Shown: piece by piece, positions 10,307 through 19,914 of the stretch
Layout: each line of letters opens with the position of its first letter
Position numbering within the stretch: the stretch's first letter is position 1
Assembly: GCA_036229005.1 (NCBI GenBank)
Contig: JAZAMN010000011.1
Coordinates: 128,001 to 192,000, forward strand
Source of the DNA: Myxococcota bacterium
Lineage (GTDB): Bacteria; Myxococcota_A; UBA796; CAJQPC01
Length of the DNA stretch: 64,000 nucleotides
Direction of reading: 5' to 3'
Made by a program: the position numbers and the translations under genes
The notes under the pieces: generated by a model
The model's database searches: none
Seen by the model: the letters and a program-made list of their open reading frames with translations, nothing else
Told to the model about the DNA's origin: nothing

Positions 10307-11454
10307 GGTGCCTCCAAGCGCCCGTCGCGCACCACGAGCGGCCCTTGGTGTCCCTCGGGCGAATCCGGACGCGCCAACACATTCCCTCCTAGCACGACCA
10401 CGCCTGCGGGGATCCGGCGGCCGGGGGCGACCCAGACCCCGCTCCCCACCGTGGTCCCCTCCCCCACGCAGATCCCCGCCATCCCCATCGGCGCCGGGAC
10501 GATCTGACCGCCGACCTCCACGCGGACCGGGCTCCCATCCAGGCGCTGGTCCATGCCGGTGCTCCCCCGCTTGAACGCCGCCTGAGGCCCCAGGACACCG
10601 AGCTGCAGGACCCCACCCAGACTCGCTCCGCTGCCGAGGACCCCGAACTTGAGCATCGCCTGCCGCTGCACGACCGCCTGAGGCCCCAGCACACTCCCCT
10701 CCACCAGCGCGAGCGGCTCGACCCGCGCGCCAGGCCCCAGGATGCTGCCTCGGACGACGGCGCCCGCCTCGACCTTTGCGCCCGGGAGGAGCAGCGAGGC
10801 CTCCACGATCGCGTCCGGGTGGACCTCGCCGCCACGAGAGAGCCCCTGCGGGATGCGGCGGGGACCCGAGCGAAAGAAGGCACGGACCACAGCCCAGGCA
10901 GCCCCGAGCCCCTCTCCTCCCAGCTCCAGCCAGAGCGTGGGGGGGAGCAAGAGCAGGTTCGCCCAGAGCAGCCCGATCCAGCTCCGGACCGGGAGGATGA
11001 GCCGATCGCTGACCATCAGGGCCTCACCGCCGGGCACCAGCTCTCCCAGGGGCTTCTCCTGGGGGTCGAGGCAGATCTCCTTGGCCTCACGGATGCGCTC
11101 ACCGAGCGGACTCGGGCTGGCACCGTGCAGATAGACGAGCCCCTCTCCCGCAAGCGAGGACATGCGCAGCATCTCCCCGATCGCACCCGACAGGACGATC
11201 CGGCCGTCCCTGCCCGCCTGCTGCCCAGCTTCCCAGGCGGCCTCGAGCGCCTTGGGGCCGAGCGCACACCCAACGGGGACCACCAACACGGCCCCCTGCT
11301 CCGGGTCCGCGCACGGCGTGAACCCCGCCGCTGCAACCGCGATCACGCTGGCGTCCTGGAGACTGTGGCGCCCCAGCGGGAGGTCCTGAGCGGAGCCAAG
11401 TCCCGGAAGCTCCAGGCTCCCAGACTGCAGCAGCGCGCGCCTAGTAGAGGGCAT
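10303..11454 (-). CDS. Hypothetical protein with C-terminal left-handed beta-helix (hexapeptide) repeats
   Basis: SLLLPGAKVEAGAVVRGSILGPGARVE..SVLGPQAVV repeats; VGEGTTVGSGVWVAPGRRIP. Confidence 0.65.
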   Translation of the reverse strand: MPSTRRALLQSGSLELPGLGSAQDLPLGRHSLQDASVIAVAAAGFTPCADPEQGAVLVVPVGCALGPKALEAAWEAGQQAGRDGRIVLSGAIGEMLRMSSLAGEGLVYLHGASPSPLGERIREAKEICLDPQEKPLGELVPGGEALMVSDRLILPVRSWIGLLWANLLLLPPTLWLELGGEGLGAAWAVVRAFFRSGPRRIPQGLSRGGEVHPDAIVEASLLLPGAKVEAGAVVRGSILGPGARVEPLALVEGSVLGPQAVVQRQAMLKFGVLGSGASLGGVLQLGVLGPQAAFKRGSTGMDQRLDGSPVRVEVGGQIVPAPMGMAGICVGEGTTVGSGVWVAPGRRIPAGVVVLGGNVLARPDSPEGHQGPLVVRDGRLEAP

Positions 11455-13123
11455 GGATGCGCACCCCATTCCCCTCGGCGATGGGCGACTGGACGCTCTC
11501 CAGGTAGCGCACCGCCTCGTCGTGCATGTCCGGCCGGGCCGTGGGGTCTTCGTGGATCACCAGGTAGCGGATGCCCTTGCTGTGGGCAGCCCCCTGTGTC
11601 CGCTGCAGGGGCTTCCCATCGCGGGTCCGCGCGTCCGAGAGCAGCGCGCTCCAGACCGCTCGCGAGGCCGGGTTGTTGGGGAAGTTGAGGGTGCCGGTCA
11701 GCGGCTTGTCATGCGCGGTCTGCTCGTAGAGGTAGGAGCGCCCACCGGCCACGGGGTAGTTGATGACCGCGCCCGAGGGGGCCTCGGCGAGCGCCTGGAA
11801 GGCGGGGTCCAGCTCGAAGTCGGCGTGCTCGGGCAGCCCGGCGACTGGCGAGAGGAGGCGGAGATCCACCACCAAGAGGGCGAGGAGGGCCGGCGCCGCC
11901 CAGGGCCTGTCGATCCGGGCCACCGCCCCCGCCGCGAGGAGCGCGAGCCCCAAGGAGGGAAGCACGGCGAGGCGCCACAAGAGAGAGAGGGACGAGAAGC
12001 CCGGCGCCCCCTCCAGCAGGAAGTACGGGAGTGGGACGGCCAATCGGCGATCGATGACCCAAGCGGCCCCGTCCATGCAGACCACCGGCCCCATCGCCAG
12101 GACGAGCCCCGCTCCGCCTGCGAGCCAGATCACACCGTCGATGTCCTCGTCTGCGCCCCGGCGGCGGAGAGCGAGTGCGCCCCCAGCAGCCAGCAAGAGG
12201 GTGAGCCCCAGGTAGTGCGAGTGGATGAAGCCCTCTCCATACCGGGAGAGCTTGCGGAAGTCGGGGCTGCGGAAGTCGCCGGGGACCCACCAGCCGCGGG
12301 GATCCGCGGGGCCGATGCTGCGCCGGACGGTGCTGAGCTCCTTGTCGGTCTTGATGCCGACCAGGTTCTGCGGGTGTTGGACGCCTGCGCGCACCCCGGC
12401 GGCGACGGGCACCGTGAGCACGAGGGCCACCCCTGCGACCAGGGCACCTCTGCTGAGGCGCTGACGCCAAGGCACCCGCGGGCCACCGAGGACAAGCAAG
12501 GCGAGCCAGAAGATCCAGGCGGTCACCCCCAGATACCAGCTCCCGAGCGCCGCCAGGAAGAGGCCGACGGCGCCCTTGACGATGGCCTTGGCCCCTCCCC
12601 GTTCGAGGGCCTGGAGCATCCAGAGGACGGCGAGGGGGAGCCAGCCGCCTCCGATGGCCTCGCTGGTGCCGTTCTGCATGCCGGAGACGAGCACAGGGGC
12701 GAGGGCGAACGCGACGCCGGCGACATAGCCAGCCGCCTCCTTCCGCCAGAGGTGGACCGCGAGCGCGTGGGCGCAGAGTCCGGCGAAGGCGACGTGGAGG
12801 AGGCAGAGAGCGCCATAGGCCACCAAGGGGCCCGCGAGAGCGACCAGCGGGAGGGCAAGGAGCGCGTTCAGAGGGTCGGCGACCTGGATCACACCGCCGT
12901 CGGGCCAGCCCAGCAGGGTCGTGTGCCAAGGCAGGTCCCCCTGGGCGAGGCTGTGCTGCACGAACCACAGCGACCAGAGGGAGTTGCCGAGGTCGCTCCG
13001 TGCAGCCCCCGGGACCGTTCGGCCCAGCTCCGGGAGCAGCGGCCAGGTCAACACAACCGCCACGCCCGAGTACACAGCCAGACGGCTCAAGCGGGTGGGC
13101 CAGGGAGAGCGGGGAGAGGTCAC
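11441..13123 (-). CDS. Polytopic membrane protein (YfhO/GT-C-like)
   Basis: About 10 hydrophobic segments; TWPL..D....W..W N-terminal pattern; YEQTAHDKPL..GIRYLVIH C-terminal domain. Confidence 0.65.
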   Translation of the reverse strand: MTSPRSPWPTRLSRLAVYSGVAVVLTWPLLPELGRTVPGAARSDLGNSLWSLWFVQHSLAQGDLPWHTTLLGWPDGGVIQVADPLNALLALPLVALAGPLVAYGALCLLHVAFAGLCAHALAVHLWRKEAAGYVAGVAFALAPVLVSGMQNGTSEAIGGGWLPLAVLWMLQALERGGAKAIVKGAVGLFLAALGSWYLGVTAWIFWLALLVLGGPRVPWRQRLSRGALVAGVALVLTVPVAAGVRAGVQHPQNLVGIKTDKELSTVRRSIGPADPRGWWVPGDFRSPDFRKLSRYGEGFIHSHYLGLTLLLAAGGALALRRRGADEDIDGVIWLAGGAGLVLAMGPVVCMDGAAWVIDRRLAVPLPYFLLEGAPGFSSLSLLWRLAVLPSLGLALLAAGAVARIDRPWAAPALLALLVVDLRLLSPVAGLPEHADFELDPAFQALAEAPSGAVINYPVAGGRSYLYEQTAHDKPLTGTLNFPNNPASRAVWSALLSDARTRDGKPLQRTQGAAHSKGIRYLVIHEDPTARPDMHDEAVRYLESVQSPIAEGNGVRIHALY

Positions 13124-13169
13124 AGGCGTCCGAGCGGGAGCTGGAGTCTATCACCGCACCCGGCGGGAG

Positions 13170-13190
13170 TTATCCACAAGCTGTGGACAA
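13170..13190. promoter_or_regulatory. Pair of oppositely oriented DnaA boxes
   Basis: TTATCCACA (perfect) at 13170-13178, 3 nt spacer, TGTGGACAA (= TTGTCCACA) at 13182-13190, in a divergent intergenic region. Confidence 0.55.
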
Positions 13191-13373
13191 CAGCAGAAAT
13201 GGCGCCGACGTGACAAGCGCCCCACAACTTCGCCCAAACCGCTGTTTTTATTGGGGTATTCCCGTGCTCAAAACTTGCGCACGCACTCCCAATCCGATCT
13301 TGTCCGCAAGCAAGGCCCCCGCGTGCTCCCCCTGGGGATGGCGGTTATCGGGCCGATGAAGGAGTGTCTTTCC

Positions 13374-13823
13374 ATGCTGACCCTGCCCCTGTTGATCGCG
13401 TCCCTGTTCACCGCCTGCGGAGAGAAGGAGGCGACCGAGACCGCCGCCCCCGCTGAGGCCGCAACCACCGAGAGCAGCGTGGTCCCCGCAGACAAGAACT
13501 CTCAGGCCTTCGCCGAGAGCCTGTTCGCCGAGGACTTCGAGGGCATGAAGCCCGTTGAAGGCGACGGCGTGGTCCTCACCTACAAGCGCCTGAGCTTCAA
13601 CCCCGACGGGAGCTGGAAGGCCGAGGGCGTGGTCGAGGTCATGGACGAGGGCATGGAGTGTGTCGAGAGCGGCTCCTGGAGCATGGAGCCTGCTGACTCC
13701 AAGAGCGTCGGCACGGTGAGCTGGGACCTGGAGAAGACCAACTGCGCCGGCCGCGAGTCCGGCGGGACGACCCGCGCCGAGTTCAGCTTCGACGGCGGCG
13801 ACTACTCCATGAAGATGCGCTGA
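13374..13823 (+). CDS. Hypothetical lipoprotein
   Basis: AAGGAG RBS; MLTLPLLIASLFTAC lipobox; strong GC3 codon bias. Confidence 0.75.
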   Translation: MLTLPLLIASLFTACGEKEATETAAPAEAATTESSVVPADKNSQAFAESLFAEDFEGMKPVEGDGVVLTYKRLSFNPDGSWKAEGVVEVMDEGMECVESGSWSMEPADSKSVGTVSWDLEKTNCAGRESGGTTRAEFSFDGGDYSMKMR

Positions 13824-13835
13824 GCAGCCGACGCC

Positions 13836-15482
13836 TCACCCGCGGGAGATGCCGACCGTCTCCCGCGGTGCGTAGCGCTCGACCAGCGACTCCGCCGCGC
13901 GCACACCATCGAGCGCTGCGGAGACGATTCCACCCGCGTAGCCAGCCCCTTCACCCACGGGCAGCAGATCGCGGAGCCCTTCTGCGTGGAGATCCCGGTC
14001 CCGCAGGAAGCGAACCGGCGAGGTCGTCCTGGTCTCCGGTGCGATCAGCAGCGCCTCCGGTCCCGCGAAGCCCGGGATCTTCTTGTCGAAGGAGCGGATG
14101 GCCTTCTTGAGCCCGGAGATGAGGCCGCTGGGGAGCACCTCGCGCAGATCCACGGCGCTCAGCCCCTGGGGGTAGGAGCTGCGCGGAAGCTCGGCGCTCA
14201 CCCGCCCCGCCAGGAGGTCCTCGACCCGCTGCGCGGGCGCCTTGTAGTCCCCGCCTGCGAGCTCGAATGCCCGCTGCTCGATGCGGTCCTGGTAGTCCAG
14301 GCCGCCCAGGGGATTCTTGCTGACCTTGGGGTACTCGGCCGCCTGGACCTGGACGATGATGGCCGAGTTTGCCCAGAACGCCCGTCGCGCCGCGAAGCTC
14401 ATGCCGTTGACCACCACCCGGCCCTCTTGTGCGGTGGCCGGTACGACCACCCCGCCTGGGCACATGCAGAAGGTGTGGGCGGCCCGGCCCTTGTTGGGCG
14501 TGTGGGTGAGGCGGTAGCTCGCGGGCGGGAGATCCCCGCGAGGGCCGCGGTAGCGCGCCTGGTCGATGACGGCCTGCGGGTGCTCGATGCGGGCCCCGAT
14601 GGCGATTGGCCGCGCCTCGCACTGGGCACCCGCCTCGTAGAGCGCGCGGTAGGTGTCCCGGGCGCTGTGGCCGGCAGCGACGATGACGGGCGCTCTGCGG
14701 ATGACCTCGCCGGTGGACAGAGCGACCCCGACGCAGCGACCGCCCTCGGACAGGAAGCGTTGGACCGAGGTGTTGAAGCGGATCTCAGCCCCGAGCTCCC
14801 GCAGCCGCTCCCTGAAGACGGGGAGGATGGCTCGGACCCGGTCGGTCCCGAGGTGGGCGTAGGCGCTGGTCTGGATCTCGGGATCCGCACCGAAGCTGAC
14901 CAGTCGTTGGAAGACGTAGCCGAGGTCCCCGTCCCGGCGCCGCGTGTAGATCTTGCCGTCCGAGAAGGTCCCCGCGCCGCCCTCACCAAACACGACGTTG
15001 GACTCGGGGTCGAGCGGCCGCTTGTTCCGCCAGGTCATGTTGACGGTGGGCACCCGCTGCTCGACGGGCTCACCGCGCTCGATCAAGAGCACCTTCGCAC
15101 CGGCCTCAGCAAGTCGAAGAGCGGCGAAGAGGCCTGCGGGACCTGCGCCCACAACGATCGGACGCACGTCGGGTGGCCAAGCCTTCCTTGGGATCGTGGC
15201 CCTGTCGAAGTCGCCGTAGCGCTCTTCGTCCCGCAGGGTCCACGCCCGGGCGCCCTTGACGCCTCGGGCCAGCAGCGCGGCCTCGTCGCCGCTGAGCTCC
15301 ACCTTGTAGTTGGCGACCCAACGCTTGGCCCGTTGGCGCGCGTCCAGGGAGCGCTTGACCACCTCAAGTGCGGTGATTCGCTCCTCCTCCACGCCAAGCG
15401 CCGCGGCGACCGCAGATCGCTGCTCTTCCACCGGACTCGACTCGTCACCGAGCCACTTCACGCCCATCACCAGGATCGCCAC
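13836..15482 (-). CDS. Uncharacterised FAD-dependent oxidoreductase (COG2509-like)
   Basis: VVGAGPAGLFAA, GEGGAGTFSDGK, TFCMCPGG, ETRTTSP, GEGAGYAGGIVSAA; GGAGG before GTG. Confidence 0.9.
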   Translation of the reverse strand: MAILVMGVKWLGDESSPVEEQRSAVAAALGVEEERITALEVVKRSLDARQRAKRWVANYKVELSGDEAALLARGVKGARAWTLRDEERYGDFDRATIPRKAWPPDVRPIVVGAGPAGLFAALRLAEAGAKVLLIERGEPVEQRVPTVNMTWRNKRPLDPESNVVFGEGGAGTFSDGKIYTRRRDGDLGYVFQRLVSFGADPEIQTSAYAHLGTDRVRAILPVFRERLRELGAEIRFNTSVQRFLSEGGRCVGVALSTGEVIRRAPVIVAAGHSARDTYRALYEAGAQCEARPIAIGARIEHPQAVIDQARYRGPRGDLPPASYRLTHTPNKGRAAHTFCMCPGGVVVPATAQEGRVVVNGMSFAARRAFWANSAIIVQVQAAEYPKVSKNPLGGLDYQDRIEQRAFELAGGDYKAPAQRVEDLLAGRVSAELPRSSYPQGLSAVDLREVLPSGLISGLKKAIRSFDKKIPGFAGPEALLIAPETRTTSPVRFLRDRDLHAEGLRDLLPVGEGAGYAGGIVSAALDGVRAAESLVERYAPRETVGISRG

Positions 15483-15612
15483 GGAGCCTCCACGGCGGCC
15501 CTGATAACGCAGGCCGGGCATCGGGTGCCTCAGCACCTGAGGTCGGTTAGCCAAGGCTTCCTGAAACCCGCGGGCCCCCGATGTGGAGGGGCCCCATCGT
15601 CCTGGAGCGCAC

Positions 15613-16620
15613 ATGCCCATCCGCGTCGCAATCAACGGCTTTGGCCGCATCGGCCGCAACGTCCTTCGCGCAGGCTGGGACGACCCCGAGATCGAGTTCG
15701 TCCACCTCAACGACCTGACCAACGACGACATGTTGGCCCACCTGCTGGTCAACGACTCCGTCCACGGCCGCTTCGACCACGACGTGAAGGTCGTCGACGG
15801 CGGTATCGAGATCGACGGCAAGCTGGTCCGGACCTCGGCCGAGCGCGATCCCACCAAGCTGCCCTGGGGCGATGAGAAGATCGACGTCGTCATGGAGTGC
15901 ACGGGTGTGTTCCGCTCCCGCGACGCCGCCTCCAAGCACCTGCAGGCAGGCGCCGGCAAGGTCATCGTCTCCGCTCCCGCGACCGACCCTGACGCGACCA
16001 TCGTCGTCGGTGTCAACGACAGCACCCTGACCGGAGACGAGCGCATCATCTCCAACGCAAGCTGCACCACCAACTGCCTGGCCCCCGCCGCCAAGGTCAT
16101 CCACGACCGCTTCGGCATCCGCCACGGCCTGATGACCACGGTCCACAGCTACACCATGGACCAGCGCCTGCTCGACGCTCCCCACAAGGACTTCCGCCGC
16201 GCACGGGCCGCAGCCGTCAACATGGTCCCGACCACGACGGGCGCCGCAAAGGCCGTCGGCCTGGTCCTCCCCGAGCTCGCCGGCAAGCTGGGCGGCATGG
16301 CCATCCGCGTCCCCACGCCGAACGTGTCCCTGGTCGACCTGGTCGTCGAGCTGGACAGCGACGCCACCGTCGAGGCTGTCAACGCAGCGATCACCGAGGC
16401 TGCCAACGGCCCCCTCAAGGGCATCCTGGGCGCCGAGAGCGCGCCTCTGGTCAGCTCCGACCTCGTCGGCAACCCCCACTCCTCCATCGTCGATCTCGAC
16501 TTGACCGACATGATGGGCCCCCGCACCCTCAAGATCCTCACCTGGTACGACAACGAGTGGGGCTTCTCGAACCGCATGCTGGACCTCACCCGCCTGGTCA
16601 TGGGGAAGAACCGCCGATGA
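15613..16620 (+). CDS. gap: Glyceraldehyde-3-phosphate dehydrogenase type I
   Basis: INGFGRIGR, SNASCTTNCLAP, WYDNEWGFS. Confidence 0.98.
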   Translation: MPIRVAINGFGRIGRNVLRAGWDDPEIEFVHLNDLTNDDMLAHLLVNDSVHGRFDHDVKVVDGGIEIDGKLVRTSAERDPTKLPWGDEKIDVVMECTGVFRSRDAASKHLQAGAGKVIVSAPATDPDATIVVGVNDSTLTGDERIISNASCTTNCLAPAAKVIHDRFGIRHGLMTTVHSYTMDQRLLDAPHKDFRRARAAAVNMVPTTTGAAKAVGLVLPELAGKLGGMAIRVPTPNVSLVDLVVELDSDATVEAVNAAITEAANGPLKGILGAESAPLVSSDLVGNPHSSIVDLDLTDMMGPRTLKILTWYDNEWGFSNRMLDLTRLVMGKNRR

Positions 16621-17792
16621 GCGCCTTCGACAAGCTTCAGGTCCAGGGCAAGCGCGTCCTGCTGCGCCTGGACCTCAACGTTCCACTCAAGAAGCGCAAG
16701 GTGGCGGACGCGACCCGCATCGAAGCGGCGCTTCCCACCATCACCTCCCTGCGGGACCGGGGCGCGCGCCTCGTGATCTGCAGCCACCTCGGCCGTCCCA
16801 AAGGCCAGGTGGTCCCCGCGCTGTCCCTGGAGCCTGTGGCCGCCTGGCTCGCAGAGCACCTGGACACCGAGGTCGTGTTCGCCCACGACTCCGTCGGGGA
16901 CGACGTGGAGTACCTCTCCCGCGAGCTCCCCGAGGGTGGGATCCTGGTCCTGGAGAACCTGCGCTTCCACCCCGGTGAGAAGGCCGGCGAGGACGCCTTC
17001 GCCCAGAAGCTGGCCCGGCTCGCCGAGGTCTACGTGAACGACGCATTCGGTGTCTGCCACCGCGAGCACGCCAGCGTGACCGGCGTGGCCAAGCACCTCA
17101 AGCAGCGCGCTCTGGGGCCGCTCATCGCGCAGGAGGTCGCGGCCCTCGACCGCCTCCTCAAGGGCGCGGTCCGTCCCTTCGTGGGTGTGCTCGGCGGCGC
17201 CAAGGTCAGCGACAAGATCGGTGTGCTCGAGGCCCTGCTGGAGCGCTCCGACAGCCTCCTCATCGGGGGGGCCATGGCCTACACCTTCCTGGCCGCCAAG
17301 GGCGAGGAGATCGGCTCCAGCCTGGTCGAGTCCAACAAGCTCCGCCTCGCCACCCGCCTGATGGCCACCGCCGAGGACCGGGGCGTGAAGCTGATGCTTC
17401 CCCTGGACCACGTCGTCACCCAGGAGGGCTCCGACGACCCCATCGTCGTAGAGGAGATCCTCCCCGGGATGACCGCATTCGACATCGGGCCCAAGACCGC
17501 CGCCGCCTACGCAGAGGTCCTCTCCAAGGCCAACTCGGTGTTCTGGAACGGCCCGATGGGCATGTTCGAGAAGGAGGCATTTGCCGGCGGCACCAAGGCC
17601 GTCGCCGAGGCCGTGGCAGCATCGGGCGCCTACACGGTGGTCGGTGGGGGTGACTCCGCCGCTGCCGTGAACCGCTTTGGGCTCGCAGATCAGATCTCCC
17701 ACATCTCCACCGGCGGTGGCGCCTCCCTCAAGTACATGGAGGGCGCCGGCCTCCCGGGCATCCTGGCCGTCCGCGCGAAGGGGGCCCGATGA
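16617..17792 (+). CDS. pgk: Phosphoglycerate kinase
   Basis: RLDLNVP, SHLGRP, LENLRF, GGAKVSDKI, HISTGGGASL. Confidence 0.98.
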   Translation: MSAFDKLQVQGKRVLLRLDLNVPLKKRKVADATRIEAALPTITSLRDRGARLVICSHLGRPKGQVVPALSLEPVAAWLAEHLDTEVVFAHDSVGDDVEYLSRELPEGGILVLENLRFHPGEKAGEDAFAQKLARLAEVYVNDAFGVCHREHASVTGVAKHLKQRALGPLIAQEVAALDRLLKGAVRPFVGVLGGAKVSDKIGVLEALLERSDSLLIGGAMAYTFLAAKGEEIGSSLVESNKLRLATRLMATAEDRGVKLMLPLDHVVTQEGSDDPIVVEEILPGMTAFDIGPKTAAAYAEVLSKANSVFWNGPMGMFEKEAFAGGTKAVAEAVAASGAYTVVGGGDSAAAVNRFGLADQISHISTGGGASLKYMEGAGLPGILAVRAKGAR

Positions 17793-18550
17793 GCCGCCGC
17801 CCCTTCGTCGCTGGCAACTGGAAGATGAACAAGGGCCCCAACGAGGCTGACGCGCTCGCTCGCGAGCTCAAGGCAGCGCTCGCCGACCAGACTGCGGTCG
17901 ATGTCGCAGTGGCCCCGACCTACGTCGCCCTTCCGGGCGTGTGCGCGCGCCTCCAGCACAGCGGCATCCAGGTCGCTGCCCAGGACATCCACCCCCAGGT
18001 CTCCGGCGCCTTCACCGGCGCGATCTCGGGCGAGATGGTGCGCCAGCTTGGAGTGACCTACACGCTGGTCGGCCACAGCGAGCGTCGGCAGCTCTGGGGA
18101 GAGGACGACACCCTGATCAACCAGAAGGTCCACGCGGCCTTCCGCGCAGGCCTGCTCCCGATTCTCTGTGTGGGCGAGACCCTCGCCCAGCGGGACTCCG
18201 GGCAGGTTGAGCAGGTCCTCGCTACCCAGCTCGCCGGTGGTCTAAAGGGACTCGCCGCCGACCAGGTGGCAGCCGTCACCCTCGCCTACGAGCCCGTGTG
18301 GGCCATCGGGACCGGCCGGACCGCCAGCCCCGCTCAGGCACAAGACGCGCACGCGTTCATCCGACGCTGGCTCTCCGAGAACTTCCCTGCCTACGTGCCG
18401 GACGCCGTGCGCATCCAGTACGGAGGCTCCGTGAAGCCTGGAAACGCCGCGGAGCTGATGTCCCAGCCCGACGTCGATGGCGCCTTGGTCGGGGGAGCTG
18501 CCCTCAAGGCCGACAGCTTCGCTGCCATCGTCCAGGCCGCTTCGACTTGA
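17789..18550 (+). CDS. tpiA: Triosephosphate isomerase
   Basis: AGNWKMN, GHSERR, AYEPVWAIGTG, YGGSV. Confidence 0.98.
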   Translation: MSRRPFVAGNWKMNKGPNEADALARELKAALADQTAVDVAVAPTYVALPGVCARLQHSGIQVAAQDIHPQVSGAFTGAISGEMVRQLGVTYTLVGHSERRQLWGEDDTLINQKVHAAFRAGLLPILCVGETLAQRDSGQVEQVLATQLAGGLKGLAADQVAAVTLAYEPVWAIGTGRTASPAQAQDAHAFIRRWLSENFPAYVPDAVRIQYGGSVKPGNAAELMSQPDVDGALVGGAALKADSFAAIVQAAST

Positions 18551-18613
18551 CAGATCGTGCTCCGGGGAGCAAGTTCCCGGGGCTTTGGGCCCAGCGCCCC
18601 CGGAGACCGGACC

Positions 18614-18961
18614 ATGTCCTTGTTCATCACCATCCTGCACCTGATGCTCTGTCTGGTGCTCATCCTCGTCATCTTGCTGCAGCCCGGCAAGGGTGGCGAC
18701 GTGTCCGCCGCATTCGGTGCTGGCGGCAGCGGCGGTTCCCAGGTCTTCGGTCCGCGCGGTCCGGCCAACCTCCTCTCTCGGGCCACGACCGTGGTCGCGG
18801 TGCTGTTCATGGTCACCTCCATCACCTTGGCGGTCCAGTCCAACACCCGCGCAGGCAACGACGCCGACGCGGAGGAAGAGGTGATCATCGACGATGATGA
18901 AGGCTTCCTGCCGGCTTTCGAGGAAGTGCCCTCGACCAGCGGTGCAGCAGCCTCAGAATAA
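18614..18961 (+). CDS. secG: Preprotein translocase subunit SecG
   Basis: ILLQPGKGGD..FG...VFG..G.ANLLSRAT; two TM segments; tpiA-secG-tRNA-Leu synteny. Confidence 0.92.
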   Translation: MSLFITILHLMLCLVLILVILLQPGKGGDVSAAFGAGGSGGSQVFGPRGPANLLSRATTVVAVLFMVTSITLAVQSNTRAGNDADAEEEVIIDDDEGFLPAFEEVPSTSGAAASE

Positions 18962-18985
18962 GATCCAAACGGGCCCCAAAGTGCC

Positions 18986-19013
18986 TTGACACTTTGTGGG
19001 CCAGCGTTAAAAG
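18986..19013 (+). promoter_or_regulatory. Putative promoter of tRNA-Leu
   Basis: TTGACA-16nt-TAAAAG, 13 nt before the tRNA. Confidence 0.55.
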
Positions 19014-19026
19014 GACGGAGTCCTCA

Positions 19027-19114
19027 GCGCGGGTGGCGGAATTGGTAGACGCGCTAGGTTGAGGGCCTAGTGGACGTTTAGTCCATGAGGGTTCGATTCC
19101 CTCCTCGCGCACCA
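19027..19114 (+). tRNA. tRNA-Leu (GAG)
   Basis: GGCGGAATTGGTAGACGC D arm; CTAGG-TTGAGGG-CCTAG; long variable arm; CCA. Confidence 0.96.
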
Positions 19115-19117
19115 TCT

Positions 19118-19153
19118 CTTCGGCCGGGCCTCAGTGCCCGGCCGAAGTCTTTT
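19118..19153 (+). terminator. Intrinsic terminator after tRNA-Leu
   Basis: CTTCGGCCGGGC-loop-GCCCGGCCGAAG-TCTTTT. Confidence 0.8.
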
Positions 19154-19327
19154 GGGGGGTAGCTCTCGGAGCGGTCGGCTCAGCTCGCCAAAGCCTCTCC
19201 TCGCTTGCATCCCAGACTGAAGAAGCGGCGAGGTGGCCACAAGGGTCAGGAGGTACACCTCCCAAGCCCTGACAGCCTCCTCAACCGCTCTCTCCCCCCT
19301 CCCCCAGCGAGGTCACCCGCAGCCCGT

Positions 19328-19771
19328 TCAGCTCGCCAGACAGGCCGGACAGACCCCGTACAGCTCATGCCGGTGGTGCTTGAGCCGCCACCCGAGCTCA
19401 CGGACCACGGCGTCCTGGCGTGCCTCCAGCGCCTCGTCCTCGAACTCGTCGATGCGGCCGCAGTTGGTGCAGATGAGGTGGTCGTGGTGGTCGAGGTCAG
19501 CGAGCTCGTACCTGGCCTGGCCCTCGTCGAAACGACGCTCGTGCGCGACGTTGGCCTCCGTGAGCAGCTTCATGGTCCGGTAGACCGTCGCGAAGCCGAT
19601 CCCCGGGTCCCCTTCCTGAACACGCCGCGTGAGCTCTTGCAGGGTGATGTGGCCCCCCTGAGCGAAGAAGCAGTCCACGATCACATCGCGTTGCCGTGTG
19701 TTCCGCTTCCCCTCCTTCTCCATGAAGCGAGCCAAGCGCTTTCGAAGCTGGTTCTTGTGCTCTTGATCCAT
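19328..19771 (-). CDS. fur: Fur-family transcriptional repressor
   Basis: TRQR, ATVYRTMKLL, HHDHLICTNCG, LYGVCPAC. Confidence 0.9.
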   Translation of the reverse strand: MDQEHKNQLRKRLARFMEKEGKRNTRQRDVIVDCFFAQGGHITLQELTRRVQEGDPGIGFATVYRTMKLLTEANVAHERRFDEGQARYELADLDHHDHLICTNCGRIDEFEDEALEARQDAVVRELGWRLKHHRHELYGVCPACLAS

Positions 19772-19856
19772 TGCAGACTCTCCTGGCCCCCCCCTTAAGA
19801 GTTCGGGGGCAAAGATCCAGCAGCAACCGTCTGCTCCGCGCCCTGCCCAAGGACGC

Positions 19857-19897
19857 AGAAAGGGGAGACAGCCCTGTTGGACTGCCTCCCCTTTCTC
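19857..19897 (-). terminator. Terminator at end of alpha operon
   Basis: AGAAAGGGGAG..CAG-loop-CTG..CTCCCCTTTCT inverted repeat just after rplQ. Confidence 0.65.
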
Positions 19898-19914
19898 ACA
19901 CAGGCTGGAGAGGA

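Noticed and set aside
13124..13373. Chromosomal origin (oriC)
   Set aside because: Only two good DnaA boxes, no origin-linked genes, and r-protein gene orientation would be head-on.
15483..16139. N-terminal extension of the 767-aa ORF 13836-16139
   Set aside because: Overlaps gap on the opposite strand; the likely start is GTG at 15482 with a GGAGG RBS.
19328..19771. Fur-family gene as the Zur controlling relocated r-protein genes
   Set aside because: Separated from rplQ by a terminator, and the motifs look like ordinary Fur; metal specificity cannot be assigned from sequence alone.
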